A stretch of DNA of 64,000 bases from Pseudomonadota bacterium (GTDB lineage: Bacteria; Pseudomonadota; Gammaproteobacteria; Pseudomonadales; Azotimanducaceae). Shown one piece after another: positions 51,503-63,414 of this stretch (position 1 is the stretch's first letter; each line of letters opens with the position of its first letter). Under the pieces are notes generated by a model, which was given only the letters and a program-made list of their open reading frames with translations, was not told the origin of the DNA and did not search any database. Both the position numbers and the translations under genes were made by a program. The stretch covers positions 9,506 through 73,505 of the forward strand of contig JBCDIK010000001.1 of NCBI GenBank assembly GCA_038749065.1, written 5' to 3'.

Positions 51503-53629
51503 TCAGCGGGTCTTGATCGAGTCCTGCAGAATCCGCGGCGTGATGAAGATCAGAAGCTCCGTCTTGTCATCGCGCTCGGCAGTCCGGCGGAAGATCCGGC
51601 CGACGTAGGGCAGGTCACCCAGGAACGGCGTCTTGGTGGTCGACACCGTTTTGTCCGTCTGGAAGATACCGCCCAGGACGACGGTCTGACCGTTATCGAC
51701 CAGCACTTCCGTCTCCACCTCGTTGGTGTTGATGGCGGGGATGCCGTCGACGGAGAACTGGCCAACGGTGTCCTGCTTCACGTTGAGCTGCATGATGATC
51801 CGATTATCCGGCGTGATCTGCGGCGTCACCTCGAGCTTCAGAACCGCGTCCTTGAAGGCCGTTGAGGTGGCACCACTGCTGGTGTTCTCCTGGAAGGGAA
51901 TCTCCACCCCGGACTCGATCATCGCCGTGCTCTTGTCGCTGGTGATGACCTTCGGTCGGGCGACGACCTCGGCATGACCATCGGTCTGCAGGGCAGACAG
52001 CTCCAGGTCGAGCAGGTAGCCGCCGCCGGTAAAGCCGACACCGAAGCTCGTCGCGCCCGCCTGCTGCACGCCCAGGTCCACCACCAGGTCACCGGGAGAG
52101 GTAATCTCGCCATCACCTTCGACGATGATGTCCTGCAGTTCACCCAGGGTATCCAGCGAACCGCCGTACTTCAGGGTCTGCGCGCCATTGCTCTTGATGG
52201 CACCGCCACCCCAGCGTACGCCGAGCTGCTTGGAGTAGTTGGCGTTCGCCGACACAATCCGAGACTCGATGAGCACCTGCGGTACCGGCACGTCCAGGCG
52301 AGCGATGATCTGCCGGAAGTCCTCCAGCCGATCCGCCGTATCCGTCAGGATGATGGAGTTGGTGCGCTCGTCCACGATCACGCTGCCGCGCTCGCTGAGC
52401 AGCGACTGGTTGCCACTCTCGGCCTGGTTAAAGAGCTCGAAGAGCTCCGTGGCGCTGGCGTAGCTGACCTGGATGAACTCGGTGCGCACCGGCGCAAGCT
52501 CAGAGATCTGCTTCTGATTCTCGAGCTCGAGCTTCTCCCGCGCGGCAATCTCCGCCGCCGGAGCGACCAGCAGCACGTTGCCGGTCTGACGCTGATCCAG
52601 GCCCTTGGTCTTGAGAATCAGCTCGAGCGCCTGGTCCCAGGGCACATTCTTGAGGCGCAGGGTGATCCGGCCGGTCACCGTATCGCTGGCCACCAGGTTG
52701 AGATCGGTGAAGTCTGCGATCAGCTGCAGCACGGAGCGGACCTCGATGTCCTGGAAGTTCAGAGACAACTTCTCGCCGGAGTACTTGAACAGATCATCGC
52801 GCTCGTTGATCTCTGCCTGCGTCAGCGGCGTGATGTCCACCGACATGGTGTTGTCCGCCTGGTAGGCGAGGTAGTCATAGTTGCCGGTGGCGTTGATGGT
52901 GATGATCGTGTGGTCGCCCTGCTGGACGGCATCAACGATCTGTACCGGCGTGGCGAAATCCGTCACGTCGAGCCGGCGCCGCAGGGCCTCCGGCAGCGAG
53001 GTGTTGCGAACCTCAACCTGAATGCTGTTGCCCTGGCTGGTCACGTCCACCGGCGCCTTGGGATTGGACAGGTTGATGAGTACCCGACCCTCGCCATTCT
53101 CGCCGCGACGGAAATCGATCTCGGCGATCTGTGAGCCGGCAAAGCGATCGCGCACCTGAGCGCTGCGCTCCGCCTCGGTCATGCCGGGGGCGGCCGCGGT
53201 CTCGGTACCGGTGGCACCCACCAGCATGACCAGCGTGTTTCCTTCAACGCGGGTCTCGTAGCCCACTAAAGTGGTCAGATTGACGATGGCCCGGGTCCGG
53301 TCCTTGGTGCTGACGATCGACACCCGACGGGCGTTACCGATCCCCAGGGGGTGATGCTTCTTGCCCAGGGTGCTGACGACACCCGGCATGTCCAGCACGA
53401 TGCGCGCCGGCTGCTCGATCGTGTAGCCCTCGGCGTCATCCGGCGGCGAGTCGAACTCGAAACGGATCTCCGTCTTATCGCCTGGCAATGACGAGAAGCT
53501 GACGTCTTCCATCACCGCAGCCCAGGCTGAGGTGACCGGAGCCAGGACCAACAGCAGCGCTGCCATCCATCCTGCAGCGCCCCGCACACCGCCCGCGGCG
53601 CGCATGATTTGCATACCCATGAATCTCAT
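51503..53629 (-). CDS. pilQ: type IV pilus secretin PilQ
   Basis: AMIN-like N-terminal repeats (VSFSSLPGDKTEIRFEF and ARIVLDMPG). The secretin C-terminus reads NLVASDTV.G.ITL.L.NVPWDQAL, ..GG and IPFLGDLPYVGRIFR...LLIFITPRI. Confidence 0.9.
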   Translation of the reverse strand: MRFMGMQIMRAAGGVRGAAGWMAALLLVLAPVTSAWAAVMEDVSFSSLPGDKTEIRFEFDSPPDDAEGYTIEQPARIVLDMPGVVSTLGKKHHPLGIGNARRVSIVSTKDRTRAIVNLTTLVGYETRVEGNTLVMLVGATGTETAAAPGMTEAERSAQVRDRFAGSQIAEIDFRRGENGEGRVLINLSNPKAPVDVTSQGNSIQVEVRNTSLPEALRRRLDVTDFATPVQIVDAVQQGDHTIITINATGNYDYLAYQADNTMSVDITPLTQAEINERDDLFKYSGEKLSLNFQDIEVRSVLQLIADFTDLNLVASDTVTGRITLRLKNVPWDQALELILKTKGLDQRQTGNVLLVAPAAEIAAREKLELENQKQISELAPVRTEFIQVSYASATELFELFNQAESGNQSLLSERGSVIVDERTNSIILTDTADRLEDFRQIIARLDVPVPQVLIESRIVSANANYSKQLGVRWGGGAIKSNGAQTLKYGGSLDTLGELQDIIVEGDGEITSPGDLVVDLGVQQAGATSFGVGFTGGGYLLDLELSALQTDGHAEVVARPKVITSDKSTAMIESGVEIPFQENTSSGATSTAFKDAVLKLEVTPQITPDNRIIMQLNVKQDTVGQFSVDGIPAINTNEVETEVLVDNGQTVVLGGIFQTDKTVSTTKTPFLGDLPYVGRIFRRTAERDDKTELLIFITPRILQDSIKTR

Positions 53630-53632
53630 CCT

Positions 53633-54172
53633 CTACTCCAGCCCCGCACTCGCCAGCGCGACAGTCCGTGCCCTTTCCACCCAACCGCCGGTGCCGTCGG
53701 GTACGATTTCGATCAGCTCAATGCTGCCTTCTTCAATGATCTGGATCTTTCCGTGATCCGTACCGATATAGTCACCGCGCTGTACACGGTGAACGCCGCC
53801 TTCGCCGTCGCGCACCAGCGCGAACAGCTTGCTGCCCTGCTCAAGGGTGCCCACCATCGCGAGTTGGCCAATGGTGAACTGCTCCAGAAACTGTTTGACC
53901 CGATTGCTGTCGGGACGCACCTGCGGGCCACCACTTTTGCGGGCGACCTTGCGTACCACGACGGGTGGCTCGAAGGGGCTGCGCATCGCGCTCGCCTGAT
54001 AGGCAAATGGCGGCACCTGCTCGAACGGCGGTAGCGGGTCGATGCGACCCTTGGGCCGGCTTTTTACTTCATCCATGAAGGCTCGCAGATCACTCTGATC
54101 CGCACCGCCACCGCAGCCCGTAAGCGCTGCGGTCACGGCGAGAGCCAGGAAGAGACGCACAGGTCGCATCAA
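53633..54172 (-). CDS. pilP: type IV pilus assembly lipoprotein PilP
   Basis: Lipobox LTGC. It sits between pilO and pilQ. The segment LEQFTIGQLAMVGTL...ALV.D..G.VHRV..GDY.G...GKI is PilP-like. Confidence 0.75.
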   Translation of the reverse strand: MMRPVRLFLALAVTAALTGCGGGADQSDLRAFMDEVKSRPKGRIDPLPPFEQVPPFAYQASAMRSPFEPPVVVRKVARKSGGPQVRPDSNRVKQFLEQFTIGQLAMVGTLEQGSKLFALVRDGEGGVHRVQRGDYIGTDHGKIQIIEEGSIELIEIVPDGTGGWVERARTVALASAGLE

Positions 54173-54777
54173 CCTTCCTCCTCGTCCAGATAACGGTAAG
54201 TCTTGGCTTCGATCTCCATCACCAGGCGTGGCCCGGCAGGCACGACCTCAAAGTCATGCAGCGTCACGATGCGCGACAGGTTGGCCACGCCGCTCACAAA
54301 AGAGCCGAGCTTGTGGTAATCGCCTTCGACCTTGATCTTAATCGGCAGCTCAACGTAGAACTCCGTGCGCCGCTCCGCTTCCAGATCGATACTCTCGATC
54401 TTCAGCTCGTTATCGAGCGCCGTGCGCGTGATGTCTTCGAGCAGCCCCGGCACTTCCGTGTCCTTGGGAAGCTGCTTGAGCAGTGCACCGAAGGTCGCTT
54501 CCATCTCGGTCTTCTGCTGCAGATAGGCGTCGAGGTTGGCGGCCCGGAAGCTCTTGTCCTCGAACTCTTCGCGGAGCGAGATCTCTTTCTTCTGAACCCG
54601 CTCGAGGCTTTCCTGCTTGCCGGTCAGGTAGGCGTAGTAGCCGCCACCGATGACCAGCGCGGCCACCAGCACCATGGTGATGATCTTGATGGGCCCCGGC
54701 CAGTCCCCGATGTTGTTGACATCGAGATCAGACAGGTCGAAGTCTTTGAGCTGGTCGAGTGAATCCTGCAATGCCAT
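54169..54777 (-). CDS. pilO: type IV pilus assembly protein PilO
   Basis: From the ATG at 54777 the protein reads MALQDSLDQLKDFDLSDLDVNNIGDWPGPIK, followed by a TM, a coiled coil and LGSFVSGVANL.RIVTLHDF. It sits in the expected operon position. Confidence 0.8.
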   Translation of the reverse strand: MALQDSLDQLKDFDLSDLDVNNIGDWPGPIKIITMVLVAALVIGGGYYAYLTGKQESLERVQKKEISLREEFEDKSFRAANLDAYLQQKTEMEATFGALLKQLPKDTEVPGLLEDITRTALDNELKIESIDLEAERRTEFYVELPIKIKVEGDYHKLGSFVSGVANLSRIVTLHDFEVVPAGPRLVMEIEAKTYRYLDEEEG

Positions 54778-54781
54778 GTGC

Positions 54782-55359
54782 CTAACCCTCCGGCTCGTCT
54801 TCGCGCACGTTCGGATTGACCTGAACAAAGCTGAGCTCGAAGGTGCTCGCCTGCGCGCCGTAATCGGGGTTGTTGGGATCTTCCTTGATCGTCTTCAGAT
54901 TCGGCCGCGCGAACCAGTCGCTGGCATCGATGTTGCGCATGAGCGACGAGATCCGGTTGTTGGACTCGGCCACGCCGTTCACCGCCAGATCGGTGCCCTT
55001 CATTTCCAGAGACTCGTAGTGCACGCCGCTCGACAGGGAGCGCACCATCTCATCGAAGATCCGCACGATCACCGGCCGGTTGCCCTGCAGGTCCTGAATG
55101 ACCCGCATGCGTGACAGCAGCTCTTCGCGCTGTTTCGCAAGGTCTGCGATCTGGGCAATCTTGGTATCGAGCTCATCGATCTCCGTCTGCAGGGTCTTGT
55201 TCCGGGCAACCTGATCTTCGTTGGCGCCGTCGAGCTGCATGCCCCACAGGAACACCGCCAGCCCCGCGGCTGCGAGCACCAGGAACAGGTTCAGCAGAAA
55301 CTCGTTCTTCTTGCGCTCGCGCTCCCATTCGCGCCAGGGCAGTAGGTTGATTCTTGCCA

Positions 55360-55360
<1 letters not shown>
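54782..55360 (-). CDS. pilN: type IV pilus assembly protein PilN
   Basis: The characteristic N-terminus is MARINLLPWREWERERKKNEF, followed by a TM. It sits in the expected operon position. Confidence 0.82.
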
Positions 55361-56769
<1,409 letters not shown>

Positions 56770-56893
56770 TTAATAACAGGCGTTTTGGACCGGCAATTGC
56801 CACTCGTCAGCCTCTTGCTACCGCACGTGAGGTTTTCCGCCCGGGCACGCTCACGTACTATCGCCGCCCAGCCCGTTAAGGACGTACGCCGCC

Positions 56894-59509
56894 ATGGCGT
56901 CGACTCGCGCAAAAATCTTGCTAAACCTGCTGTGGCTGGGCTTCGCGCTGCTCAGCGGCCTCGCGCTCTCTCTCGCAGGAATCTATCTGTACCTGGATCC
57001 GCAGATTCCGGACGCGGAGAGCTACCGCTCCGTCAAGCTCGAGACGCCACTGCGCATCTACACGGCGGATGGTGCCCTGATGGCCGAGTACGGGGAGCGA
57101 CGGGTCATTCCCGTGGCACTTGCAGAGGTGCCGCAGCACTTCGTCGACGCGCTCCTCGACACGGAAGACAAGCGCTTTTACGAGCACAGCGGCATCGACT
57201 ACATCTCCCTAGCGAACGACACGCTGGCCCTGCTGCTCAACCGGGAAATCACATCCGGAGCCAGCACGATCACCATGCAGGTGTCCCGCAACATTTCCTT
57301 CTCCCTGGAGCAAACGTTCCTGCGCAAGTTCAAGGAGATGCTGCTGGCGCTGAAGATCGAGCGCGCCCTGACGAAGGACGAGATTCTCGAGCTTTACATC
57401 AACGCTGTGCCGTTCGGCAAACGCGCCTATGGCGCGCAGGCAGCCGCCTACACCTACTATGACCAGCCACTCACAGAGCTGAGCCTGGCGCAGCTGGCCA
57501 TGCTCGCCGGCATTCCCCAGGCGCCCTCTGCCGGCAATCCGATCAATGGCCCGGAACGCGCTCTGGCCCGACGCAATCTCGTGCTGTCGCGCATGCTCGA
57601 GCAAGGCTCGATCAGCACGGAGCAATATCAAACGGCACGGTCGGAACCGATCAGCGCCCGGGTCTATGAGCGGCAGCTCGAAGCGCCCGCAGCGTTCGCC
57701 GCCGAATCGGTTCGGCAGCTGCTGAATGACTATGATGACCTCTACACCGGGGGCTACAGCGTCTACACAACCATTCGCAGCGACAAGCAGGTCGCGGCAA
57801 CGCGCGCACTGCGGGACGGGTTGGAAGCCTACGATCGCAAGCACGGTTATCGTGGCCCCGAAGCGCAGCTCGGCGACGACAGCGAAACCTACGAGGCACA
57901 GCTGCGCAAGACGCCGATCTACGGCGAGCTGCAGCCTGCGATCGTGACCGCCATCGGAGATGACCGAATCGCCGTCCTGGCCACTGATGGCACGACGCGT
58001 CCGGTCCTCTTCGACACCATGACCTGGGCGCGCCCCTACGAGTCCGTCAACGTTCGCGGGCCGGTACCGAAGGGCCCTGGCGATGTGGTGGCAGTCGGCG
58101 ACCTGATCCGCATCAAGGCCATGGCGGTTCCGGCGGAGGCCGAGGCTGCAGCGCCCGAGGCCGCCGAAGACGCGGAAACCGCCGAGGCGATCAGCTGGCA
58201 GTTCAGCCAGGTGCCCGACGCCCAGGGCGCTCTGGTGTCGCTGGACCCCAATACCGGCGCCATCGTGGCCGTGGAAGGCGGCTATGACTTTGCGCTGAGC
58301 CAGTTCAATCATGCGCTGCAGGCGACCCGGCAACCGGGATCCGGTTTCAAGCCATTCGTCTACTCAGCTGCGCTGGCAAGCGGCGTCACGCCAGCCAGCA
58401 TCTTTCTGGATGCGCCCCTGGTTTTCGAAGACGATGCGCTGGAAACCGAGTATCGCCCGGACAACGATAATCGTCGCTACAACGGCCCGACCCGTTTGCG
58501 CGAAGCGCTGTATCGATCCATCAATCTCGTGTCCATGCGCGTGATGCTGAAAGTCGGTGCGGGCTCGGTGCTGCGCCATGCGAAGCACTTCGGGTTCGAT
58601 ACGGAGCGCTTTCCGCGGGATACCCAGCTGGCGATCGGCGGCGGCACCATGGCCGTCACGCCGTTAGCTATGGCAGAAGCCTTCGGCGTGTTCGCCAACG
58701 GCGGCTTCGAGATCCAGCCCTATCTGATCGAGCGCGTCGAAAATCTCGATGGCGAGATTCTGCAGCAGAGCGACCCGATCACCGTATGCTTCGACTGCGA
58801 AATGCTCGCGGCGCTAGCAGAGGACGAAGCGTCTGAGGACGGCGCTCTAGCTGCCGAGGCAGGCGCATCCGACAACACCGCGCCCGCCCCGGCAGATGAG
58901 GTCGCCGCGCAAGAGGCCATCGGCGGCGACATCGACTTTGCTGACCTCTCAGCGACAGAGGCAGAGACCGACGCGGCCACAGAAAGCGTACCCGAGGAAA
59001 CGCAACCCCGCTATGCCGAGCGTGTGCTGGATGAGCGCAATGCCTTCGTTATGACGCAGATGCTCCGCGACGTCATTACGCGCGGTACCGGGCGCCGGGC
59101 ACGGGTGCTGGAACGCGGCGACCTGGCCGGCAAAACGGGCACGACCAACGACGGTACAGACACCTGGTTCAACGGCTTTACTGCAGACAACGTCACCAGT
59201 GTCTGGGTCGGCTTCAGCAACTACGATCCGCTCGGCGCCCGAGCCTATGGCGGCAACACGGCCCTGCCGATCTGGATCGACTACATGCGCGTGGCGTTAA
59301 ACGATCTGCCCGCCCGCTATCATCCGCAGCCCGCTGGTGTGGTCGTGATGCGTATCGATCCGGAAACCGGGGAAGCGGTTGCGCCCGCACAGCAGGACAG
59401 CATCTTCGAGTACTTCTTTGCGGAAACCGCGCCGAAGCTGCGCCCCTCTACCCGACTGCCCAGCACGGCTCGGGAAGAAGAGGCGTTGGAAGCCGTGGAG
59501 CTGTTCTAG
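56894..59509 (+). CDS. mrcA: penicillin-binding protein 1A (bifunctional glycosyltransferase/transpeptidase)
   Basis: GT51 motifs EDKRFYEHSGID, GASTITMQVSRN and RKFKE. The transpeptidase motifs are SGFKP (SxxK), a SxN-region and KTGTTND. It is divergent from pilM, as is typical. Confidence 0.9.
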   Translation: MASTRAKILLNLLWLGFALLSGLALSLAGIYLYLDPQIPDAESYRSVKLETPLRIYTADGALMAEYGERRVIPVALAEVPQHFVDALLDTEDKRFYEHSGIDYISLANDTLALLLNREITSGASTITMQVSRNISFSLEQTFLRKFKEMLLALKIERALTKDEILELYINAVPFGKRAYGAQAAAYTYYDQPLTELSLAQLAMLAGIPQAPSAGNPINGPERALARRNLVLSRMLEQGSISTEQYQTARSEPISARVYERQLEAPAAFAAESVRQLLNDYDDLYTGGYSVYTTIRSDKQVAATRALRDGLEAYDRKHGYRGPEAQLGDDSETYEAQLRKTPIYGELQPAIVTAIGDDRIAVLATDGTTRPVLFDTMTWARPYESVNVRGPVPKGPGDVVAVGDLIRIKAMAVPAEAEAAAPEAAEDAETAEAISWQFSQVPDAQGALVSLDPNTGAIVAVEGGYDFALSQFNHALQATRQPGSGFKPFVYSAALASGVTPASIFLDAPLVFEDDALETEYRPDNDNRRYNGPTRLREALYRSINLVSMRVMLKVGAGSVLRHAKHFGFDTERFPRDTQLAIGGGTMAVTPLAMAEAFGVFANGGFEIQPYLIERVENLDGEILQQSDPITVCFDCEMLAALAEDEASEDGALAAEAGASDNTAPAPADEVAAQEAIGGDIDFADLSATEAETDAATESVPEETQPRYAERVLDERNAFVMTQMLRDVITRGTGRRARVLERGDLAGKTGTTNDGTDTWFNGFTADNVTSVWVGFSNYDPLGARAYGGNTALPIWIDYMRVALNDLPARYHPQPAGVVVMRIDPETGEAVAPAQQDSIFEYFFAETAPKLRPSTRLPSTAREEEALEAVELF

Positions 59510-59539
59510 CTCAGGCGCAAAACAACGAACTCTTCAGTG

Positions 59540-59914
59540 CTAGCTTTCGGAGGAGCGGCTGGGACAGTAGAAGTCATAGTTGTAAGTCAGCTTACCGCCT
59601 CTAAATTTATAGAGGGAATGCCCCGCTAGTTCTTTGCCTGGACCTTTCCATACCCACCGTGCCCAACCGACTTCATCGGTAGCCGCCATTTCGACCACTT
59701 CAAAGTACTGTTCGCTATTTGAAAGCTTTTTTGTGACTTCAGCCATCATCGTTGCGATTGCGGCTTTTCCTTCGAATCGCCCGGTCACGCAGTCTTCAAA
59801 AACAGCGTCTTCAGCAAACAGCTCTGTCAGCTTGGTATAGTCCCGATCATTCTGGATGCTCCAGAATTTTTCGACTAACTGCCGGCTCATTTTCGCGATC
59901 TCTCTTTCAAGCAA
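59540..59914 (-). CDS. SnoaL-like / NTF2-fold protein
   Basis: 124 aa. VEKFWSIQNDRDYTKLTELFAEDAVFED...GRFEGKAAI is typical of the SnoaL-like polyketide-cyclase fold. It lies in a patch of visibly lower G+C. ATG 59890 is an alternative start. Confidence 0.5.
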   Translation of the reverse strand: MLEREIAKMSRQLVEKFWSIQNDRDYTKLTELFAEDAVFEDCVTGRFEGKAAIATMMAEVTKKLSNSEQYFEVVEMAATDEVGWARWVWKGPGKELAGHSLYKFRGGKLTYNYDFYCPSRSSES

Positions 59915-60128
59915 TCGCCGCCACGATACAGGCTATGCGGTAGTTGTCCATGGGACACAACAGACCGTATGTCTGCTTCTGGCGCGTAGCAGCCAATCGT
60001 TGCTTGAGTGATGTGATCCAGAGCGGACGCTCGACATCCATAAGGCTGTCCTAGCCCCTGGGTGTCGGCATCTAGCAACTCTTTCGGATCGGGTATATCT
60101 TCGTGCGTCGAAACGAGGATGGGGATCT

Positions 60129-61712
60129 ATGAGAAAGACACTGTTTGCGGCCTTGTTCGCACTTCTCACGCCACTATCCGCCCTGGCAGAGACGACCGAC
60201 ATTGGGAGTATTGTTTTCCCGACCTCCACCCAGTCTGAAAAGGCGCAGACGCACTTTCTGCGCGGCGCCACTATTCTTCACAGTTTCGGATGGAAACAAG
60301 CAATCGAGTCCTTTCAGCAGGCGCAAGCAGCTGATCCGGATTTCGCCATGGCGTATTGGGGCGAATCGCTGTGCTACAACCACCCCCTGTTTCCGGAGAT
60401 GGATGGTGAAACGCCGCGCCAAGTGCTAAGCAAACTCGGCTCCACGCTCGAGGCCCGATTGGCTAAAGCACCAACGGTTAGGGAAAAAGGGTTCCTTCGC
60501 GCAGTAGATGCCCTTTTCTTTGGAGGCGGCGAAATACAGACCAGGCGCAAAGCCTACATGCAGGTCATGCGCGAACTTCACGATGCCTTTCCGGACGATG
60601 CAGAAGTGTCTGCATTCTACGCCCTGTCACTGATCAGCGCCGGCGGCCCTGTTGGCAAAGACGGCGAGAGGGAGCGAATTTTGGCAGGGTCCATCGGTTT
60701 GCGCTTGCTCGAAGACAATCCTAAACATCCGGGCGCGGCGCACTACACCATCCATGCCTTCGATGATCCTATTCATGCGATTTTAGCGCTTCCTGCTGCA
60801 AACCAGTTTGCAGGGATCGCTCCAGCTGTCTCTCATGCGCGGCACATGCCGTCGCACATCTTTATCCAGCTCGGCATGTGGCAACGCGTATCAGACTCCA
60901 ACCAGTTCGCCTACGACGCGGCGGTAGAGCTATTCGAACCGGGCGACAGTGCGGGCGATATGGTGCACTCCCTGGACTGGGGTCAGTATGGAGATCTGCA
61001 GGTGGGTGACTACGAGCGCGCCCGAGTCTGGATTGGACGGATGGAAGGGATCGCTGCGAGGGTAGAAGGACAGACGCGGGTCCCTGCCACCTTACAGCGT
61101 GTTCGCGCTCGGTACGTACTGGAAACCGGCGACTGGCAAACACTACCGGTCACGGACAGCAGCGCAGCGGATCAGCTTTACGCTACCGGCATCAGCGCCG
61201 TTGAACTTGGAGACTTGGCACTGGCGCGTCAGGCGTCACTCGCGCTGGCGACGAAGGCCCAAACCATCGCCGACCGGGGCGCCGGATATCAGCATCAAGC
61301 GTCGCAACACGAGATCATGGACAAGCAGCTGAAAGGCGCCATCTTGATTGCTGAAGGGAAATCGGAGCAAGGTCACGAGATGTTGCGTGCCAGCACGCTG
61401 ATCGCGCAGCAGCTGCCATTGCCGCGAGGTGCCCCGATACCCCTCAAGCCTGCCCATGAGTTCTACGGTGAAGCTTTGCTCGCAGCCGGCAAACCTGATG
61501 GTGCTATTGCAGCGTTCGACGCATCGCTGCGGCGTATGCCCAATCGGCCGAGGTCACTCCTCGGACTCGCAAGGGCAAGTGTCGCCCTCGGCAATGTGAA
61601 TGATGCCCGCGAGCACTATGAAAGTGTTGCAGGAATCTGGAAGGACCGGAACGTTCCCGAGTTGAAGGAAGTCGAGGAATATCTGACAGCGCACAAGCCT
61701 GGATCAGAGTGA
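60129..61712 (+). CDS. secreted TPR-like repeat protein, function unknown
   Basis: Signal peptide MRKTLFAALFALLTPLSALA. All-helical repeat segments include FLRGATILHSFGWKQAIESFQQAQAADPDFAMAYWG and a C-terminal AIAAFDASLRRMPNRPRSLLGLARA. Its codon usage differs from neighbouring genes. Confidence 0.45.
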   Translation: MRKTLFAALFALLTPLSALAETTDIGSIVFPTSTQSEKAQTHFLRGATILHSFGWKQAIESFQQAQAADPDFAMAYWGESLCYNHPLFPEMDGETPRQVLSKLGSTLEARLAKAPTVREKGFLRAVDALFFGGGEIQTRRKAYMQVMRELHDAFPDDAEVSAFYALSLISAGGPVGKDGERERILAGSIGLRLLEDNPKHPGAAHYTIHAFDDPIHAILALPAANQFAGIAPAVSHARHMPSHIFIQLGMWQRVSDSNQFAYDAAVELFEPGDSAGDMVHSLDWGQYGDLQVGDYERARVWIGRMEGIAARVEGQTRVPATLQRVRARYVLETGDWQTLPVTDSSAADQLYATGISAVELGDLALARQASLALATKAQTIADRGAGYQHQASQHEIMDKQLKGAILIAEGKSEQGHEMLRASTLIAQQLPLPRGAPIPLKPAHEFYGEALLAAGKPDGAIAAFDASLRRMPNRPRSLLGLARASVALGNVNDAREHYESVAGIWKDRNVPELKEVEEYLTAHKPGSE

Positions 61713-61850
61713 GCGAAAGGAGCCAGCAGGCCGACGTCACCGTCTGATCGGCGGATTCGATTCGAGGCGGCAGTCGCTAGAAGGAACATCTGTGGTTCCG
61801 GCATTCTCCATACTCGCAAATCCAAGCGCGAGAACGAACGGAAATCGCGC

Positions 61851-61869
61851 CGCGAGCGCCAAGCTCGCG
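61851..61869. terminator. 7-bp GC stem-loop CGCGAGC-GCCAA-GCTCGCG between convergent genes
   Basis: Read base by base. It lies 12 nt past the M48 gene stop. It has the same GCGAGC/GCTCGC stem as the hairpins at 63.46-63.54 kb. No clear U-tract is present. Confidence 0.35.
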
Positions 61870-61880
61870 CAATCACCCGC

Positions 61881-63317
61881 CTATTGAACCGTCTTGATGA
61901 AGTCGCCAGCGCGAGGCTCACCGCGCGGATGATGGCCGTTGATGGTCCGCAGGGTCTCCTCGGGGTAGCTCTTAACAGAGCTGCGCGTGGCGAGCGCCTT
62001 GTAGGTCATCCCGGGTGCAGCCTCGATCACTCGCACGCGCTGGGCGTTGGCGACCTGCAGATCTGCGGCCGTCATGCTGCGGAAGGAGGCGAGCGTTTCG
62101 ACAAAGTCCTTCTCGAACTGCTCGACGGTCCCCTGCTCGCCAACTTCGCCCTGGAACACGTAGACGCTGTCGCTCTTGTAGATCACCGCGATCTTGCGCG
62201 CGCGGGGCGTGTCGCCGATGACCTTGATATTGCCCACATAGGCCGGATAGCCGTCGATCATGATGGCTTCGCCATCTTCCACATCGTCACGCTGCAGCGT
62301 CTTGGTGATGTACTCCTCCGGCGTCTGCTCCTGGGCCGGCAGCGACTGGCGCTGCATGCCGATGCTGGCCTCGTCGGTGCCACCGGGCGCCCGCCCGAGA
62401 ATCTCGGCCGTCGTGTTGGTCACATCCCAACCTTCCGGGAAGCGCACCACCACTCGGAGTGCGCCGTGATAGTAGACCCCGTCTTTGATGAGGCCCGTCG
62501 CGGCTTCATCGCCAAACACCAGCCCGTCCATGAGCGTCCAGAAGTCCCCCACCGGCTCGGCCAGCTCTTCCGGGGACAGGTGCTGCACGCTCTGCACCAG
62601 TTCATGCAGGCGTTTATCGTTCTTCGGGTGGGACGCAAACAGGCCGTGGTAGACCGGCGGCCGGTTACTGATCTGCTTCATGAACAGCTCATGATCTTTG
62701 AGCGCCTGAATCCCGTCGATCATGGCCAGCGGGCTGTAGCCGGCCTTGGCCAGAAACATGGCACCGTACTGGTCTGCCTCCAGCTCCGCCTCCCGCCCAT
62801 AGCCGGACTGCAGCGTTGCCGCGATGCTGTTGGTCAGATCCCACATGGTCCCGGTACCGGTCGCCAGCGCCGCCAGGAAGCCGCCGATCTGGCTGATGCG
62901 CCGGTTGCGCTGCCGCTCGTAACCATGGCGCGCCAGCACGTGGCCGATCTCGTGGCCGATGACGCCGGCCAGCTCATCTTCACTGCGCAGGTAGGGCAGG
63001 AGGCCGCGATGCACGAAGATGAACCCGTCCGGGTAGGCGACGGCGTTGGGAATGGAGTTGTCGATGACCGCGAAGGTGAAGCCCGACGTATCGTGTCCGT
63101 CGGCCTTGAGCAGTCGCTCGCCGATGGCCGTCACATATTCCTGCCAGGCTTCGTCCGGGTACAGGCCGCCCTTCTCTCGATACTCGTGATAGACCTTGGC
63201 TCCCGGGCCCGCCGCCTGGCTCACCGGCGCAACCAGTAGGACGAGCGCGCCGAACAGGCCGGCAAGGACGACCGCGCGGACACCGCGTTGGGAGAAAAAC
63301 TGGGCTGTGTCAGGCAT
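61881..63317 (-). CDS. M48 family zinc metalloprotease, periplasmic
   Basis: Signal-like N-terminus VVLAGLFGALVLLVAPVSQAA. The HEXXH motif is GHEIGHVLARH. The downstream Glu region is REAELEADQYG. Confidence 0.75.
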   Translation of the reverse strand: MPDTAQFFSQRGVRAVVLAGLFGALVLLVAPVSQAAGPGAKVYHEYREKGGLYPDEAWQEYVTAIGERLLKADGHDTSGFTFAVIDNSIPNAVAYPDGFIFVHRGLLPYLRSEDELAGVIGHEIGHVLARHGYERQRNRRISQIGGFLAALATGTGTMWDLTNSIAATLQSGYGREAELEADQYGAMFLAKAGYSPLAMIDGIQALKDHELFMKQISNRPPVYHGLFASHPKNDKRLHELVQSVQHLSPEELAEPVGDFWTLMDGLVFGDEAATGLIKDGVYYHGALRVVVRFPEGWDVTNTTAEILGRAPGGTDEASIGMQRQSLPAQEQTPEEYITKTLQRDDVEDGEAIMIDGYPAYVGNIKVIGDTPRARKIAVIYKSDSVYVFQGEVGEQGTVEQFEKDFVETLASFRSMTAADLQVANAQRVRVIEAAPGMTYKALATRSSVKSYPEETLRTINGHHPRGEPRAGDFIKTVQ

Positions 63318-63414
63318 CTACAGGCTCCCGGAAACTGACCAGGCTGCAGAATTAGACCGCATCAGCCGTGAAGGTTCACCTCTGTGTTTCCCCGTGGCAC
63401 CGGCTGACGCAAGC

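Noticed and set aside
61741-61850. Possible tRNA or small RNA in the convergent spacer after the TPR-like gene (GGATTCGATTCGAGG segment)
   Set aside because: I could not fold a cloverleaf. There is no acceptor-stem complementarity and no T-loop GTTCRANYC in the proper context.
63395-63412. Sigma-54-like TGGCAC element (also TGGCAC at about 56731)
   Set aside because: The downstream GC element is not at the required spacing (TGGCAC-N5-TTGC). At 63395 no plus-strand gene follows.
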